This document shows, piece by piece, positions 18,982 to 30,570 of a stretch of 64,000 nt of DNA. The notes under the pieces were generated by a model, which had not been told where the DNA came from, did not search any database, and saw only the letters and a program-made list of their open reading frames with translations. The position numbers and the translations under genes were made by a program. This stretch comes from Candidatus Kerfeldbacteria bacterium. Its GTDB lineage: Bacteria > Patescibacteriota > Patescibacteriia > SBBC01 > CAIJZX01. How positions within the stretch are numbered: the first letter of the stretch is position 1; the number at the start of each line of letters is the position of its first letter. The stretch covers positions 470,001 to 534,000 of the forward strand of contig CAVSWO010000002.1 of NCBI GenBank assembly GCA_963731735.1, given 5' to 3'.

Positions 18982-19929
18982 GTGGCGGATGTCCGGTTGT
19001 CACGTATGATCTGTGAAAGGGCTGTCACCATCATTTCACATTTCCAGATGCATCTGGATGAAATCCTCGCGCTGTGGCTGATTGAGAAGTTCGCCACCCC
19101 GCGCTGGCTTACCCAGCACTGTGTGAATGATTCGATCATGCTCGGAGTCGGGCGTGGTGAGTTCGATGAACATCCCAGTGGGGCTGGTCACAAGAACTCG
19201 AAGGAGGATTGTTGCGCTACTCTGGTGGCCAAATCCCTCGGAGTCGCCGATCAGGGCGCCCTTCAGCAGATGTTGAAATTCGTTTTCAACGCCGATGTAA
19301 AGGGCGCCGGCCATCCCTATGACCTGTATAACTTGGTCAAAGCGATGAACCTGATGTGGACGGATGAGCAGGTTCGAGTCATTGACTGGACGTTTCAAGC
19401 GCTCGAAGTCAAGTATGCTGAGCAATTGGAATACGTGACTGCGGTCAGCGTTGTTCAGTCAGGTGACACACATATCCTGCTGACCCCGATGGGCGAAGTC
19501 AAAGTCCTGGTCGTTCATTCCGACAACACCATGATTGGGCGGGCAACTCGCTCTATGAGCAAAGAGCTCAAGCCCGATCTGCTTGTCATCAAGAACTCCA
19601 AACAGCAGGTTCAGGTCTTCAACTGTCAGCAACCACCTCGGCGTTTGAACCGAGTGGTGCGGTTCCTGCGGATTGCTGAGTTCCGCGAGAGCAAAACCAA
19701 CCTTACGGTTGGAGAAAGGGAGCTTCAGGGGCAGGAGTTCTGTGCCCAAGGAGACTGCTGGTACTACCAACCAGCCGGTGAAATGCTGTTGAACGGTAGC
19801 ATCACCAATCCGCATGTTCGCAAGACTCGTCTCAAGCTGGAAATGATTCTGGACTGTATCCGGCTCGGAATCCAGCCCACGCCGATGAGATCGAATGGTT
19901 CGACCACAGGGGTCACACCAACGGGCTAG
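18982..19929 (+). CDS. hypothetical protein; possible MYG1/UPF0160-family metal-dependent hydrolase (GTG start)
   Basis: The N-terminal block ISHFQMHLDEILALWLI...GVGRGEFDEHPSGAGH resembles the His/Asp metal-binding motifs of MYG1/UPF0160 (THxGxFHxDE...DVGG..D....DHH). The rest is unrecognised. 315 aa, between uvrC and uvrA. Confidence 0.4.
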   Translation: MADVRLSRMICERAVTIISHFQMHLDEILALWLIEKFATPRWLTQHCVNDSIMLGVGRGEFDEHPSGAGHKNSKEDCCATLVAKSLGVADQGALQQMLKFVFNADVKGAGHPYDLYNLVKAMNLMWTDEQVRVIDWTFQALEVKYAEQLEYVTAVSVVQSGDTHILLTPMGEVKVLVVHSDNTMIGRATRSMSKELKPDLLVIKNSKQQVQVFNCQQPPRRLNRVVRFLRIAEFRESKTNLTVGERELQGQEFCAQGDCWYYQPAGEMLLNGSITNPHVRKTRLKLEMILDCIRLGIQPTPMRSNGSTTGVTPTG

Positions 19930-19956
19930 TTCATTCAGAAGATGGAGGCATATCAT

Positions 19957-19989
19957 GGGGCGATCGAATCTGATCGCCCTTTTTCTTTT
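19957..19989 (+). terminator. rho-independent terminator
   Basis: GGGCGATC-gaatct-GATCGCCC followed by TTTTTCTTTTC, right after the MYG1-like gene. Confidence 0.65.
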
Positions 19990-20103
19990 CCTGGCCCAGA
20001 AGCTTGACCCCATTAGAGCCGGATATACATCTTTTTGCACATTGATTTCGTTTGGAAAATATTCTATTAGAGATGCCCCTTTTAGTGTCTGGCTCTAACG
20101 GGG

Positions 20104-20132
20104 TTGACCTGCCTTGACAGGCGGTGTATACT
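20104..20132 (+). promoter_or_regulatory. sigma-70-type promoter for uvrA
   Basis: TTGACC, a 17-nt spacer, then TATACT. The ORF-track start at 20124 lies inside this promoter, so the ATG at 20166 is used. Confidence 0.45.
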
Positions 20133-20165
20133 GTCCGCGACTTTTTGCACGCTGACTTTTTTTCG

Positions 20166-23159
20166 ATGGCCAAACGCGGGACAACCAAACCAGTTACGCA
20201 GACTTCCGGAGCTCAGGCATCACTCGCTAATGTGATTCGCGTGCGCGGCGCCCGCGTCCACAATCTGAAAAACGTGAATGTCGACATTCCTCGGGACAAG
20301 CTGGTGGTCTTGACCGGGTTGTCCGGGTCCGGCAAATCATCATTGGCGTTTGATACGATTTACGCCGAAGGCCAGCGCCGATATGTTGAATCTCTGTCCG
20401 CCTACGCGCGACAGTTTTTGGGCTTGATGGACAAACCGGATGTCGATCAAATTGACGGTCTGAGTCCGGCTATTTCGATTGACCAAAAATCAACATCACA
20501 TAATCCGCGCTCAACGGTTGGAACCGTGACGGAAATTTACGATTATCTACGACTATTATTCGCCCGGGTGGGTACGCCGCACTGTCCGCAATGCGGACGA
20601 GTCGTGACTCGCCAAACGGTTCAGCAAATCGTGGATCAGGTTTTGGCCCTGCCTAAGCAAACGAAAATTTTACTTCTGGCGCCGGTTATTCGTGATCAAA
20701 AGGGTGAACACAAGAATGTGTTTATTGATATCCGCAAGGCCGGCTTCGTGCGGGTCCGGGTCGACGGCAACGTCTATGAATTGGATGAGGCCGAAGATCT
20801 AAAACTTGATAAGCAAAAAAAGCATCGAATTGAGGTGGTGGCCGATCGACTGACCATCGGCGTTGATGATCAGGAAAAAGGCGAGAATGACAAAACACGG
20901 ATTTACGATTCGATCGAGACGGCCCTGGATTTAGGTGACGGTCTGATTATTGTTCAGCGCGCCGACAACAATGCTGAACTTTTATTCAGCGAACACTTCG
21001 CCTGCGCTTACGATAATACGTCGCTGCCGCCGATTGAACCGCGCACCTTTTCCTTCAATAGCCCGCACGGCGCCTGTCCGGATTGCACCGGGCTCGGTAC
21101 CAAGCTCGAAGTGGACCCAGATTTGGTGATTCCCAACAAGCGCCTAACCTTAGCCGAGGGCGCGATCCGTCCCTGGTCACGGACCAGCGCGAATCAAAGC
21201 TGGTATGATCGGATTTTGGCAACGGTTGCCAAGGATCACGGATTCTCCGTCAACACGCCGGTCGAAAAATTGTCGAAAAAAGACTTAGAAGTCGTACTGT
21301 ACGGCACTGGCCAAGAAGTGTACGACGTCAACAACGTGGCTGGAACCGGCAAGGTTCGGCAGTTTAACACGACCTACGAAGGCGTGATTCCGAACCTAAT
21401 GCGACGTTATAAAGAAACCGAGTCGGAATATATGCGGGCGGAAATTGAGCGCTACATGCGCGTATTCCCGTGCCCGACCTGTGCCGGCAAGCGCTTGAAA
21501 CCCGAGGCCTTGGCGGTAACCGTCAGCGGCCGGAACATTTCAGAAATTACTACCATGAATGTCGGAAAATCGCGACAATGGTTTGATGCTTTAGCTGGCG
21601 ACGGTAAGACCGAAGGAGTGAAAAAACTCACCGATCGGGAAAGTAAAATCGCAACCCAAATTCTAAAAGAAATCCGGGCCCGCCTGACCTTCCTGGAAAA
21701 TGTCGGCCTGGATTATTTAACGCTTGATCGGACTGCTTCAACCTTGGCCGGCGGTGAAGCCCAACGCATTCGCCTGGCGACCCAAATTGGCGCTTCGCTG
21801 GTCGGCGTCATCTACATCCTGGACGAACCTTCGATCGGCTTGCATCAACGAGATAACGACAAGCTGATTGATACCTTGATCAAGCTGCGCGACTTGGGCA
21901 ATACGGTTTTGGTGGTTGAGCATGACGAACAAACGATGCTAGCCGCCGATCAATTGATCGACATCGGTCCGGGAGCTGGCGAACATGGCGGAGAAGTTGT
22001 GGCCCAGGGTACGCCGCGGTCAGTTATGGATAACCCGGCGTCGCTGACCGGTCAGTATTTGTCAGGCCGCAAAACTATCCCGGCACCCCGTCAGTACCGT
22101 CCGGGCAACGGGAAAACCATCGAAATTTTGGGAGCCGAAGAATTCAATTTGAAAAAAATTGATGTCAAAATCCCGCTAGGTAAATTCGTAGCCATTACCG
22201 GCGTTTCGGGGTCGGGCAAATCAACCCTGATGACCGATATTTTAGCGCGAGCCTTAAACCAGCATTTCTATAATGCCAAGGATTTGCCCGGCAAACACCG
22301 GGACATTCAAGGCTTTGAGCACTTGGACAAGGTGGTTGATATTGATCAGAGCCCGATTGGCCGCACGCCGCGTTCAAATCCGGCCACCTACACCGGGGTA
22401 TTCACGCCGATTCGAGACCTGTTTACCCAGGTGCCGGAAGCCAAGCTCCGCGGCTACGGTCCGGGCCGGTTTTCCTTCAACGTCAAAGGCGGCCGCTGTG
22501 AAGCTTGCGAAGGGGACGGTGTGGTGAAAATTGAAATGCAATTCTTGCCCGATGTGTATGTTGAATGCGAGGAATGCCACGGGCAACGCTACAATCAGCA
22601 GGCGCTGGAGATTAAGTATAAGGGCAAAACCATTGCCGAAGTCTTGAACATGACCGTTGCCGAGGCGCAAGAATTTTTTGCCTCGGTTCCGGCCATCCAC
22701 CAAAAACTCAAAACTTTGTCTGAGGTCGGTCTGGGCTATATTCACCTGGGGCAATCGGCGACTACTTTGTCGGGCGGTGAAGCCCAGCGGGTTAAACTCG
22801 CGACTGAGCTCTCGCGCCGCGCGACCGGCCGGACGCTCTATATTTTGGATGAACCTACGACCGGTCTCCATATCGATGACGTCAAACGTCTACTCGGCGT
22901 CGTGAATCAGTTGGTTGATAAAGGCAATACGGTGCTGGTGATTGAGCACAATTTGGACGTGATTAAATCAGCCGACTGGATTGTCGACATGGGTCCGGAA
23001 GGTGGCGACGGGGGCGGCCTAGTGGTGGCCACCGGGACGCCACGTGAGGTGGCGAAAATCGCCAAGAGCTACACCGGTAAGTATTTAGGACAAATTTTTG
23101 CCCAAGAAAAAAAGCCGCAACCCGGGAAGGTCGCGGCCAAACGAAGTCGGGTGAGCTAA
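20166..23159 (+). CDS. uvrA: excinuclease ABC subunit A
   Basis: Two ABC ATPase modules ([12 protein letters not shown]..., [10 protein letters not shown]...), zinc-finger Cys pairs, LSGGEAQR signatures and VIEHNLDVI. About 997 aa from the MAKRGTTKP start. Confidence 0.95.
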   Translation: MAKRGTTKPVTQTSGAQASLANVIRVRGARVHNLKNVNVDIPRDKLVVLTGLSGSGKSSLAFDTIYAEGQRRYVESLSAYARQFLGLMDKPDVDQIDGLSPAISIDQKSTSHNPRSTVGTVTEIYDYLRLLFARVGTPHCPQCGRVVTRQTVQQIVDQVLALPKQTKILLLAPVIRDQKGEHKNVFIDIRKAGFVRVRVDGNVYELDEAEDLKLDKQKKHRIEVVADRLTIGVDDQEKGENDKTRIYDSIETALDLGDGLIIVQRADNNAELLFSEHFACAYDNTSLPPIEPRTFSFNSPHGACPDCTGLGTKLEVDPDLVIPNKRLTLAEGAIRPWSRTSANQSWYDRILATVAKDHGFSVNTPVEKLSKKDLEVVLYGTGQEVYDVNNVAGTGKVRQFNTTYEGVIPNLMRRYKETESEYMRAEIERYMRVFPCPTCAGKRLKPEALAVTVSGRNISEITTMNVGKSRQWFDALAGDGKTEGVKKLTDRESKIATQILKEIRARLTFLENVGLDYLTLDRTASTLAGGEAQRIRLATQIGASLVGVIYILDEPSIGLHQRDNDKLIDTLIKLRDLGNTVLVVEHDEQTMLAADQLIDIGPGAGEHGGEVVAQGTPRSVMDNPASLTGQYLSGRKTIPAPRQYRPGNGKTIEILGAEEFNLKKIDVKIPLGKFVAITGVSGSGKSTLMTDILARALNQHFYNAKDLPGKHRDIQGFEHLDKVVDIDQSPIGRTPRSNPATYTGVFTPIRDLFTQVPEAKLRGYGPGRFSFNVKGGRCEACEGDGVVKIEMQFLPDVYVECEECHGQRYNQQALEIKYKGKTIAEVLNMTVAEAQEFFASVPAIHQKLKTLSEVGLGYIHLGQSATTLSGGEAQRVKLATELSRRATGRTLYILDEPTTGLHIDDVKRLLGVVNQLVDKGNTVLVIEHNLDVIKSADWIVDMGPEGGDGGGLVVATGTPREVAKIAKSYTGKYLGQIFAQEKKPQPGKVAAKRSRVS

Positions 23160-23347
23160 TCGGGTTGGCTCGAAGCGCGGCGATTCTGTTCCTGAATCCG
23201 GTTATAGATTTCTTCCCGGTGAACCTGGATCTCAGGCGGCGCTTCGATGCCAAGTTTGACTTGGCCCGAACGAACCTCCAGCAGGGTGATTTTTATATCA
23301 TCACCGATCCGGATAATCTCTCCCAACTTCCGTGTGAGAACGAGCAT
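23156..23347 (-). CDS. csrA: carbon storage regulator CsrA (RNA-binding translational regulator)
   Basis: [48 protein letters not shown] matches the CsrA/RsmA consensus nearly residue for residue. 63 aa from the internal ATG at 23347. Confidence 0.8.
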   Translation of the reverse strand: MLVLTRKLGEIIRIGDDIKITLLEVRSGQVKLGIEAPPEIQVHREEIYNRIQEQNRRASSQPD

Positions 23348-23454
23348 GATGCTCTCCTTGCTTCGCCCCGAGGGGGCAGGTACACTAAGGGCGTGTTTCT
23401 GCCCGTTGAGACGACAGGTATTGAGCGCGCAAAAACTACCACTTACGTATACTC

Positions 23455-24420
23455 GTGTCAAGCCTGAACCCGCTGGAACAATCTATCCTTCGAACCCTTG
23501 CCTATTTCGATACGTTCGATTATCCGCTCACCGAGACGGAACTTTGGCGGTGGGTATATCCGCCGGATCAGGCAGCACGCGTACCGACCGAGTTGGCGGA
23601 TGTTCAGCAAGCGCTACGGCAGCCACCCCTGCAGCAGCGCGTAGCCCAGCGCGACAACTTCGTATTTCTGCGTGGTCGCGAATCGCTGGTGCCGTTGCGT
23701 CACCAACGAAAACAAGACAACCAGCGACGTTGGCGTCGGGCAAAAACGGTGGCGCGCTACGTTGAAATCCTGCCCTTCGTTCGTATGGTGGCCGTCGTGA
23801 ACACGCTGGCGATTGATAACGCGCGGCCGGCCAGCGATATTGATCTCCTGATTGTGATTCAAGCCGGACGCATGTGGTTGGCTCGGATGGCCGTCTCGGC
23901 GGTGGTGCAAATGCTTGGCTACCGGCGACATGGGACAAAAATCGCGAACCGCGTGTGTTTGAGTTTTTACCTTTCAACCGAAGCGCTCGATCTCGAACCA
24001 CTCGCCGCCTCAGCCAACGATACTCATTTTCGTTTTTGGACTTCCCAGGCTGTTCCGCTCCTCAATATCGGTCAGACCTATGAAAAATTTCAAACCGCCA
24101 ACGCCTGGGTAACCCAGCGATTGCCGAATGCCTGGCAATGGGACTGGCGCTCACGGGTCTTGGCGCCGAATCAGGGGTTGCGGACATTGAAGGCGGTCTA
24201 CGAGACGGTTCTTCTGTCGCCGCTTGGGGAGTGGCTGGAAAACTGGGCCCGGAGTTTTCAGCAACGACGCTTCGCCAAAGATACGGAGTCCAAGTCGCAT
24301 CAGCCTGGCACCGATGTGGTGATCAGTGAAGACGTCCTAAAATTCCACGAAGCCGACCGGCGAACGGAGTATAACCAGCGGTTTGCACGGCGGCTACAGG
24401 CGCTGGGGTTAGACGTCTGA
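23455..24420 (+). CDS. hypothetical protein with minimal nucleotidyltransferase (Pol-beta-like) motif
   Basis: [23 protein letters not shown] fits the [GS]x9-13DxD NTase signature. N-terminal [16 protein letters not shown] region. 321 aa. Divergent from csrA. Confidence 0.4.
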   Translation: MSSLNPLEQSILRTLAYFDTFDYPLTETELWRWVYPPDQAARVPTELADVQQALRQPPLQQRVAQRDNFVFLRGRESLVPLRHQRKQDNQRRWRRAKTVARYVEILPFVRMVAVVNTLAIDNARPASDIDLLIVIQAGRMWLARMAVSAVVQMLGYRRHGTKIANRVCLSFYLSTEALDLEPLAASANDTHFRFWTSQAVPLLNIGQTYEKFQTANAWVTQRLPNAWQWDWRSRVLAPNQGLRTLKAVYETVLLSPLGEWLENWARSFQQRRFAKDTESKSHQPGTDVVISEDVLKFHEADRRTEYNQRFARRLQALGLDV

Positions 24421-24483
24421 TCCGAACGGCCACCCCGCTCGGGCACGCATAGGAAAAGGGAAGAAGCGGGGAGGGGTTGACGA

Positions 24484-24510
24484 CTAGCACTCGAGTTAGT
24501 AGACTGCTAA
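24484..24510 (+). promoter_or_regulatory. CIRCE element (HrcA operator) overlapping the groES promoter
   Basis: CTAGCACTC-gagttagta-GACTGCTAA compared with the consensus TTAGCACTC-N9-GAGTGCTAA (two mismatches). Embedded in TTGACG-17-TAGACT upstream of groES. Confidence 0.7.
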
Positions 24511-24572
24511 TCGGTATTGGAAACGTTCCAAACCCTCGATTTTCAATCAATTTAATCCGCTAAGGAGACAGT

Positions 24573-26528
<1,956 letters not shown>

Positions 26529-26614
26529 AGACAGGTCAACTCGGGGTTCTCGGTGATTGGCTGCTGGCCATGGAGACTTCCGCAGCTCAAATCGAAAGTA
26601 ATCGATTGATACAA

Positions 26615-26640
26615 CTGGCGCCGATCGGCGCCAGTTTGTT
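26615..26640 (+). terminator. rho-independent terminator after groEL
   Basis: CTGGCGCC-gatc-GGCGCCAG followed by TTTGTTG. Confidence 0.6.
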
Positions 26641-26687
26641 GCTGCGGCATTTCGAAGAAAAACCGACGTTTGTGCTATACTAGCATT

Positions 26688-27095
26688 ATGGATATGCCGA
26701 TGGATCTTCACGCTGACCGAGCCATGATCGGTGGGTGGAGCGTGGATCGGTACGTCCGCTTACTCCAGTGGCCGGTTGGTCTGTCGATGCTCGGTTTAGG
26801 ATTCCTGGCTTGGCAACCGCAACCGACGGCGCTGATTCTCGGACTGACGGCTGGCCTCGTGCTGGCGCTGGCCTGGCGGGCGTTCCAACGCGGAGCCAAG
26901 CTGATTGAATGCTTGACCGTCGGTATGCTGACCGGGATCGGAATCGGCTTTGCGGTTGGCCTCGGCGCCTTGATCGCGCAACCGCAATGGACACTGGTAG
27001 CTAGCCTGGTAGCGGGCACCCTCTGGACTGGTATCGCGGCCGGTTTGATCAGCCTAAGCGCCGGACTCTTATTTCGCGTATTTATTCGTCACTAA
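26688..27095 (+). CDS. hypothetical integral membrane protein
   Basis: Four predicted TM helices rich in Gly/Ala. No recognisable domain. The internal ATG at 26688 (MDMPMDLHADRA) is preferred. Confidence 0.4.
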   Translation: MDMPMDLHADRAMIGGWSVDRYVRLLQWPVGLSMLGLGFLAWQPQPTALILGLTAGLVLALAWRAFQRGAKLIECLTVGMLTGIGIGFAVGLGALIAQPQWTLVASLVAGTLWTGIAAGLISLSAGLLFRVFIRH

Positions 27096-27107
27096 CACAA
27101 ACACGGT

Positions 27108-29510
27108 ATGGCACAATCTCGAAAAAAGGCTTTCGTCCTCTGGTTCCGGGAACTTCGGAACACTGATGTGAAACTCGTCGGTGGAAAAAATGCCAGTCTG
27201 GGTGAAATGTACGCACTTCTAACCCCGAAGGGCGTCAATATTCCAAACGGCTACGCGGTTACGGCCACGGCTTATTTCTATTTCCTCAAAGCGGCGGGCA
27301 TTCAAAAAGAAATCAAGCGCATCCTGAGCGATCTGGATACAAAAAATCTCCGAAATCTTCAAGCCCGCGGGAAACAGGTTCGCCAAACAATTCTTCGGGC
27401 TCAGTTGCCGAAAGATTTACAAGACGCCATTCGTAAAAATTATCGGGAGCTGGAAAAAGAATTTGGCCCGAATGTTGACGTGGCGGTGCGCTCGTCAGCC
27501 ACGGCTGAAGACTTACCTGACGCGTCGTTCGCCGGCCAGCAGGAAACATTCCTGAACATCAAGGGCGAAAAAGAGCTGGTCTTGGCTGTTAAAAAATGCT
27601 TCGCCTCGCTGTTCACGGATCGGGCTATTTCATACCGCCAAGATAAAGGCTTCGATCACTTCAAGATTGGTTTATCGGCGGCGGTCCAAAAAATGGTTCG
27701 TTCCGATAAAGCGGCTTCAGGCGTGATGTTCTCGATTGATACAGAATCTGGTTTCCGGAACGCGGTGTTAGTGACGGGTTCCTGGGGACTTGGAGAAAAC
27801 ATCGTCCTGGGTCGTGTAAATCCAGACGAGTTTTATGTTTTCAAGCCGACCCTCGGCAGCAAGTTCAATCCAATTTTATCGCGGAAGCTCGGCAGCAAGT
27901 TGATCAAGATGATTTACACCTCAGATCCGAAGCAGCCGACCAAGAATGTATCAGTCTCGAAAAAGGATCAGGAACGATTTATCTTGACCGACAAAGAAAT
28001 CAAGCGCTTGGCGACCTGGGCGGTGCAAATTGAAAAGCATTACAAGCGCCCAATGGATATGGAATGGGCCAAAGATGGCCAGTCGAATAAACTCTATATC
28101 GTGCAAGCACGCCCGGAGACCGTGCATGCTACCCAAAGCGCCGATACGCTTGAGGAATATGTGGTCAAGCCAAACAACGCGAAAGTCTTGGTAACTGGTT
28201 CACCGGTTGGTGCGAAAATCGGTTCCGGCAAAGCGCGGGTTATTTTGGATGTTAAAAATATCGGTCAGTTTAAACCCGGCGAAGTCTTGGTGACTGATAT
28301 GACGGATCCCGATTGGGAGCCGATCATGAAAATCGCCTCGGCCATAGTTACGAACCGGGGCGGCCGGACGGCGCATGCCGCGATCATCTCGCGTGAACTT
28401 GGCATTCCGGCCATCGTTGGTACAGCCGATGCGACCAAGGTCCTGCGGACCGGACAATCGGTCACGGTGGTTTGTTCGGACGGTACGGTTGGCAAAGTGC
28501 TTGATGGCATCATACCGTTCAGTGTCAACACGCATAACCTCAAGTCGCTCAAACGCCCCAAGACCAAAATCATGATGAATATCGGAAGTCCCGAGCAAGC
28601 CTTCGCGCAAAGCTTTATTCCGAATGACGGGGTCGGATTGGCTCGCGAGGAGTTCATTACCGCCTCTTGGATCGGCGTTCACCCGATGGCCCTCCTGAAA
28701 TACAGCACCCTGAAAGACGCTAAGGTCAAACGCAAAATTGACCAACTCACCAAAGGCTACGCATCCAAAAAAGAATTCTATCTGGATAAATTGTCATCCG
28801 GCGTGGCCACTATCGCGGCCGCCTTCTATCCGAAAGACGTGATTCTCCGATTGTCAGATTTCAAATCGAATGAGTATGCGGCCTTGCTGGGCGGAACCGC
28901 CTTTGAACCCTCGGAATCAAATCCGATGATGGGCTGGCGGGGAGCGTCGCGGTATTACGCCGAAGCCTACGAAGAAGCCTTCAAACTTGAGTTAAAAGCC
29001 TTGGCTCGGGTCCGCAATCAGATGGGTCTGACGAACCTCAAGCTGATGATCCCGATGTGCCGGACGATTGAGGAAGGCAAGAAGGTATTGTCGATCATGG
29101 CTGCCAACGGTTTGCAACGCGGCACCAATCGGCTCCAGGTTTATTGCATGGTGGAGGTGCCTTCAAATGTCATCCTGATTGATGAATTCGCGAAAATCTT
29201 TGACGGTTTCTCAATTGGATCGAACGATCTGACCCAGTTTACCCTGGCGGTCGATCGCGATTCCGAATTAGTCAGCCACATCTATGATGAACGTAATCCG
29301 GCCATCAAAAAGATGCTGGCGAACGCAATTCACGGCGCCAAGGCAGCCAAACGTAAAATCGGAATTTGCGGCCAGGCACCTTCCGACTATCCCGAACTGG
29401 CCAAGTGGCTGGCGGATGAGGGGATTGACTCAATGTCGCTCAATCCGGACACTGTATTGAAAACCACCATCATGCTGACCGGCGGCGGTCGTCGTAAGAA
29501 GAAACGATAA
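27108..29510 (+). CDS. ppsA: phosphoenolpyruvate synthase (pyruvate, water dikinase)
   Basis: N-terminal VLWFRELRNTDVKLVGGKNASLGEM, a central phosphohistidine domain (TNRGGRTAHAAIISRELGIPAIVG) and a C-terminal PEP-utilising TIM barrel. 800 aa. Confidence 0.9.
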   Translation: MAQSRKKAFVLWFRELRNTDVKLVGGKNASLGEMYALLTPKGVNIPNGYAVTATAYFYFLKAAGIQKEIKRILSDLDTKNLRNLQARGKQVRQTILRAQLPKDLQDAIRKNYRELEKEFGPNVDVAVRSSATAEDLPDASFAGQQETFLNIKGEKELVLAVKKCFASLFTDRAISYRQDKGFDHFKIGLSAAVQKMVRSDKAASGVMFSIDTESGFRNAVLVTGSWGLGENIVLGRVNPDEFYVFKPTLGSKFNPILSRKLGSKLIKMIYTSDPKQPTKNVSVSKKDQERFILTDKEIKRLATWAVQIEKHYKRPMDMEWAKDGQSNKLYIVQARPETVHATQSADTLEEYVVKPNNAKVLVTGSPVGAKIGSGKARVILDVKNIGQFKPGEVLVTDMTDPDWEPIMKIASAIVTNRGGRTAHAAIISRELGIPAIVGTADATKVLRTGQSVTVVCSDGTVGKVLDGIIPFSVNTHNLKSLKRPKTKIMMNIGSPEQAFAQSFIPNDGVGLAREEFITASWIGVHPMALLKYSTLKDAKVKRKIDQLTKGYASKKEFYLDKLSSGVATIAAAFYPKDVILRLSDFKSNEYAALLGGTAFEPSESNPMMGWRGASRYYAEAYEEAFKLELKALARVRNQMGLTNLKLMIPMCRTIEEGKKVLSIMAANGLQRGTNRLQVYCMVEVPSNVILIDEFAKIFDGFSIGSNDLTQFTLAVDRDSELVSHIYDERNPAIKKMLANAIHGAKAAKRKIGICGQAPSDYPELAKWLADEGIDSMSLNPDTVLKTTIMLTGGGRRKKKR

Positions 29511-30170
29511 ATGTATAAACCCAAAGCTTCACACCCGTGCGATATGCCCGGCGACGCGCCGCTCAAGGCGTTAGTCCTGAACGCGTCACTGAAACACGAA
29601 CCGGATATCTCGAATACCGAAGAGGTGGCGGGCCTGGTACTGCAAGAGTTGCAAACGCACGGATCGGTTGAAACGGAAATACTCCGATTGGCCGACGAAA
29701 ATCTGCCCGTCGGCTTAGGGTTTAAAGAATCGGAGGATGATGCCTGGCCGACGATTGTAGCAAAAATCAAGGCCGCCGATATTGTCATCTTTGCCACCCC
29801 GATCTGGTGGGGCGGGCGATCAAGTCTTATGCAACGCGTGATTGAACGGATGGACGCGCTGGATGAGGAATACATCGCCTCAGGCCGCAGTGCGTTGTAT
29901 AACAAAATTGGCGGCATCGTGATCACCGGTAGCGAAGATGGGGCCTTGAACGTGCTAGGTTCGATTATGATGGTTCTGACCTGGATGGGTTTTACGTTGC
30001 CTCCGGAATGCTGTGCCTATTGGGTCGGGGAAGTTGGTCAACCGCCAGCGACGGATCGTCAGCGCCGCCACCAGAATCAAGCCACACCGCATATGGCCAA
30101 GAACATGGCTCGAAATCTTTTCTACTACGCCCAGTTACTCAAACAGCACCCGCTCGAGCCGAAGGCCTAG
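29511..30170 (+). CDS. NAD(P)H-dependent FMN reductase / flavodoxin-like fold protein
   Basis: ALVLNASLKHEP...ADIVIFATPIWWGGRSSLMQRVIERMD matches the PF03358 FMN_red family. The start abuts the ppsA stop. Confidence 0.7.
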   Translation: MYKPKASHPCDMPGDAPLKALVLNASLKHEPDISNTEEVAGLVLQELQTHGSVETEILRLADENLPVGLGFKESEDDAWPTIVAKIKAADIVIFATPIWWGGRSSLMQRVIERMDALDEEYIASGRSALYNKIGGIVITGSEDGALNVLGSIMMVLTWMGFTLPPECCAYWVGEVGQPPATDRQRRHQNQATPHMAKNMARNLFYYAQLLKQHPLEPKA

Positions 30171-30338
30171 GCAGGTTCAAAAACATTTGTTAGGGTGGCT
30201 AAAACCTTAAGCAGGCACCTACACACGAACCGGACCGGCTTCGTGTTTGAGAAAACACGGCAGTCGCGATGAATTTATGTCCAAAGCAGAGTCGTGTTAG
30301 AGTGGTTGCAGAGGCGTCCCCCGCCCAGCACCGAGAGC

Positions 30339-30427
30339 GGAGAGGTCGCATAGTGGCCTAGTGCGCTCGCTTGGAAAGCGAGTAACCTGTAACAGGGTTC
30401 GGGAGTTCGAATCTCCCCCTCTCCGCC
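30339..30427 (+). tRNA. tRNA-Ser (anticodon GGA)
   Basis: GGAGAGGTCGCATAGTGGCCTAGTGCGCTCGCTTGGAAAGCGAGTAACCTGTAACAGGGTTCGGGAGTTCGAATCTCCCCCTCTCCGCC folds as a class II cloverleaf with anticodon loop TTGGAAA and a long variable arm. Flanked by an extended inverted repeat (cccagcacc / ggtgctggg). Confidence 0.85.
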
Positions 30428-30570
30428 CTGGTGCTGGGTCCTCGCCTCCGCTCTGGACAGAGAAAAATAACCGTTAGTCGTCTTGATTGGAAATCCTTTT
30501 CGGAAACTCAAGCTTGACGGGTATTCTATTATCAATTTCATCCCCGGCTTGAACGTGCTACACTTTTTGC

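Noticed and set aside
20124-20165. ORF-track start of uvrA at 20124
   Set aside because: That ATG lies inside the TTGACC-17-TATACT promoter. The ATG at 20166 (MAKRGTTKP) matches UvrA N-termini.
23528-24001. 157-aa and 105-aa minus-strand ORFs
   Set aside because: They lie entirely inside and antisense to the NTase-like gene 23455..24420. The low-complexity Arg/Pro/Ala composition marks them as artefacts.
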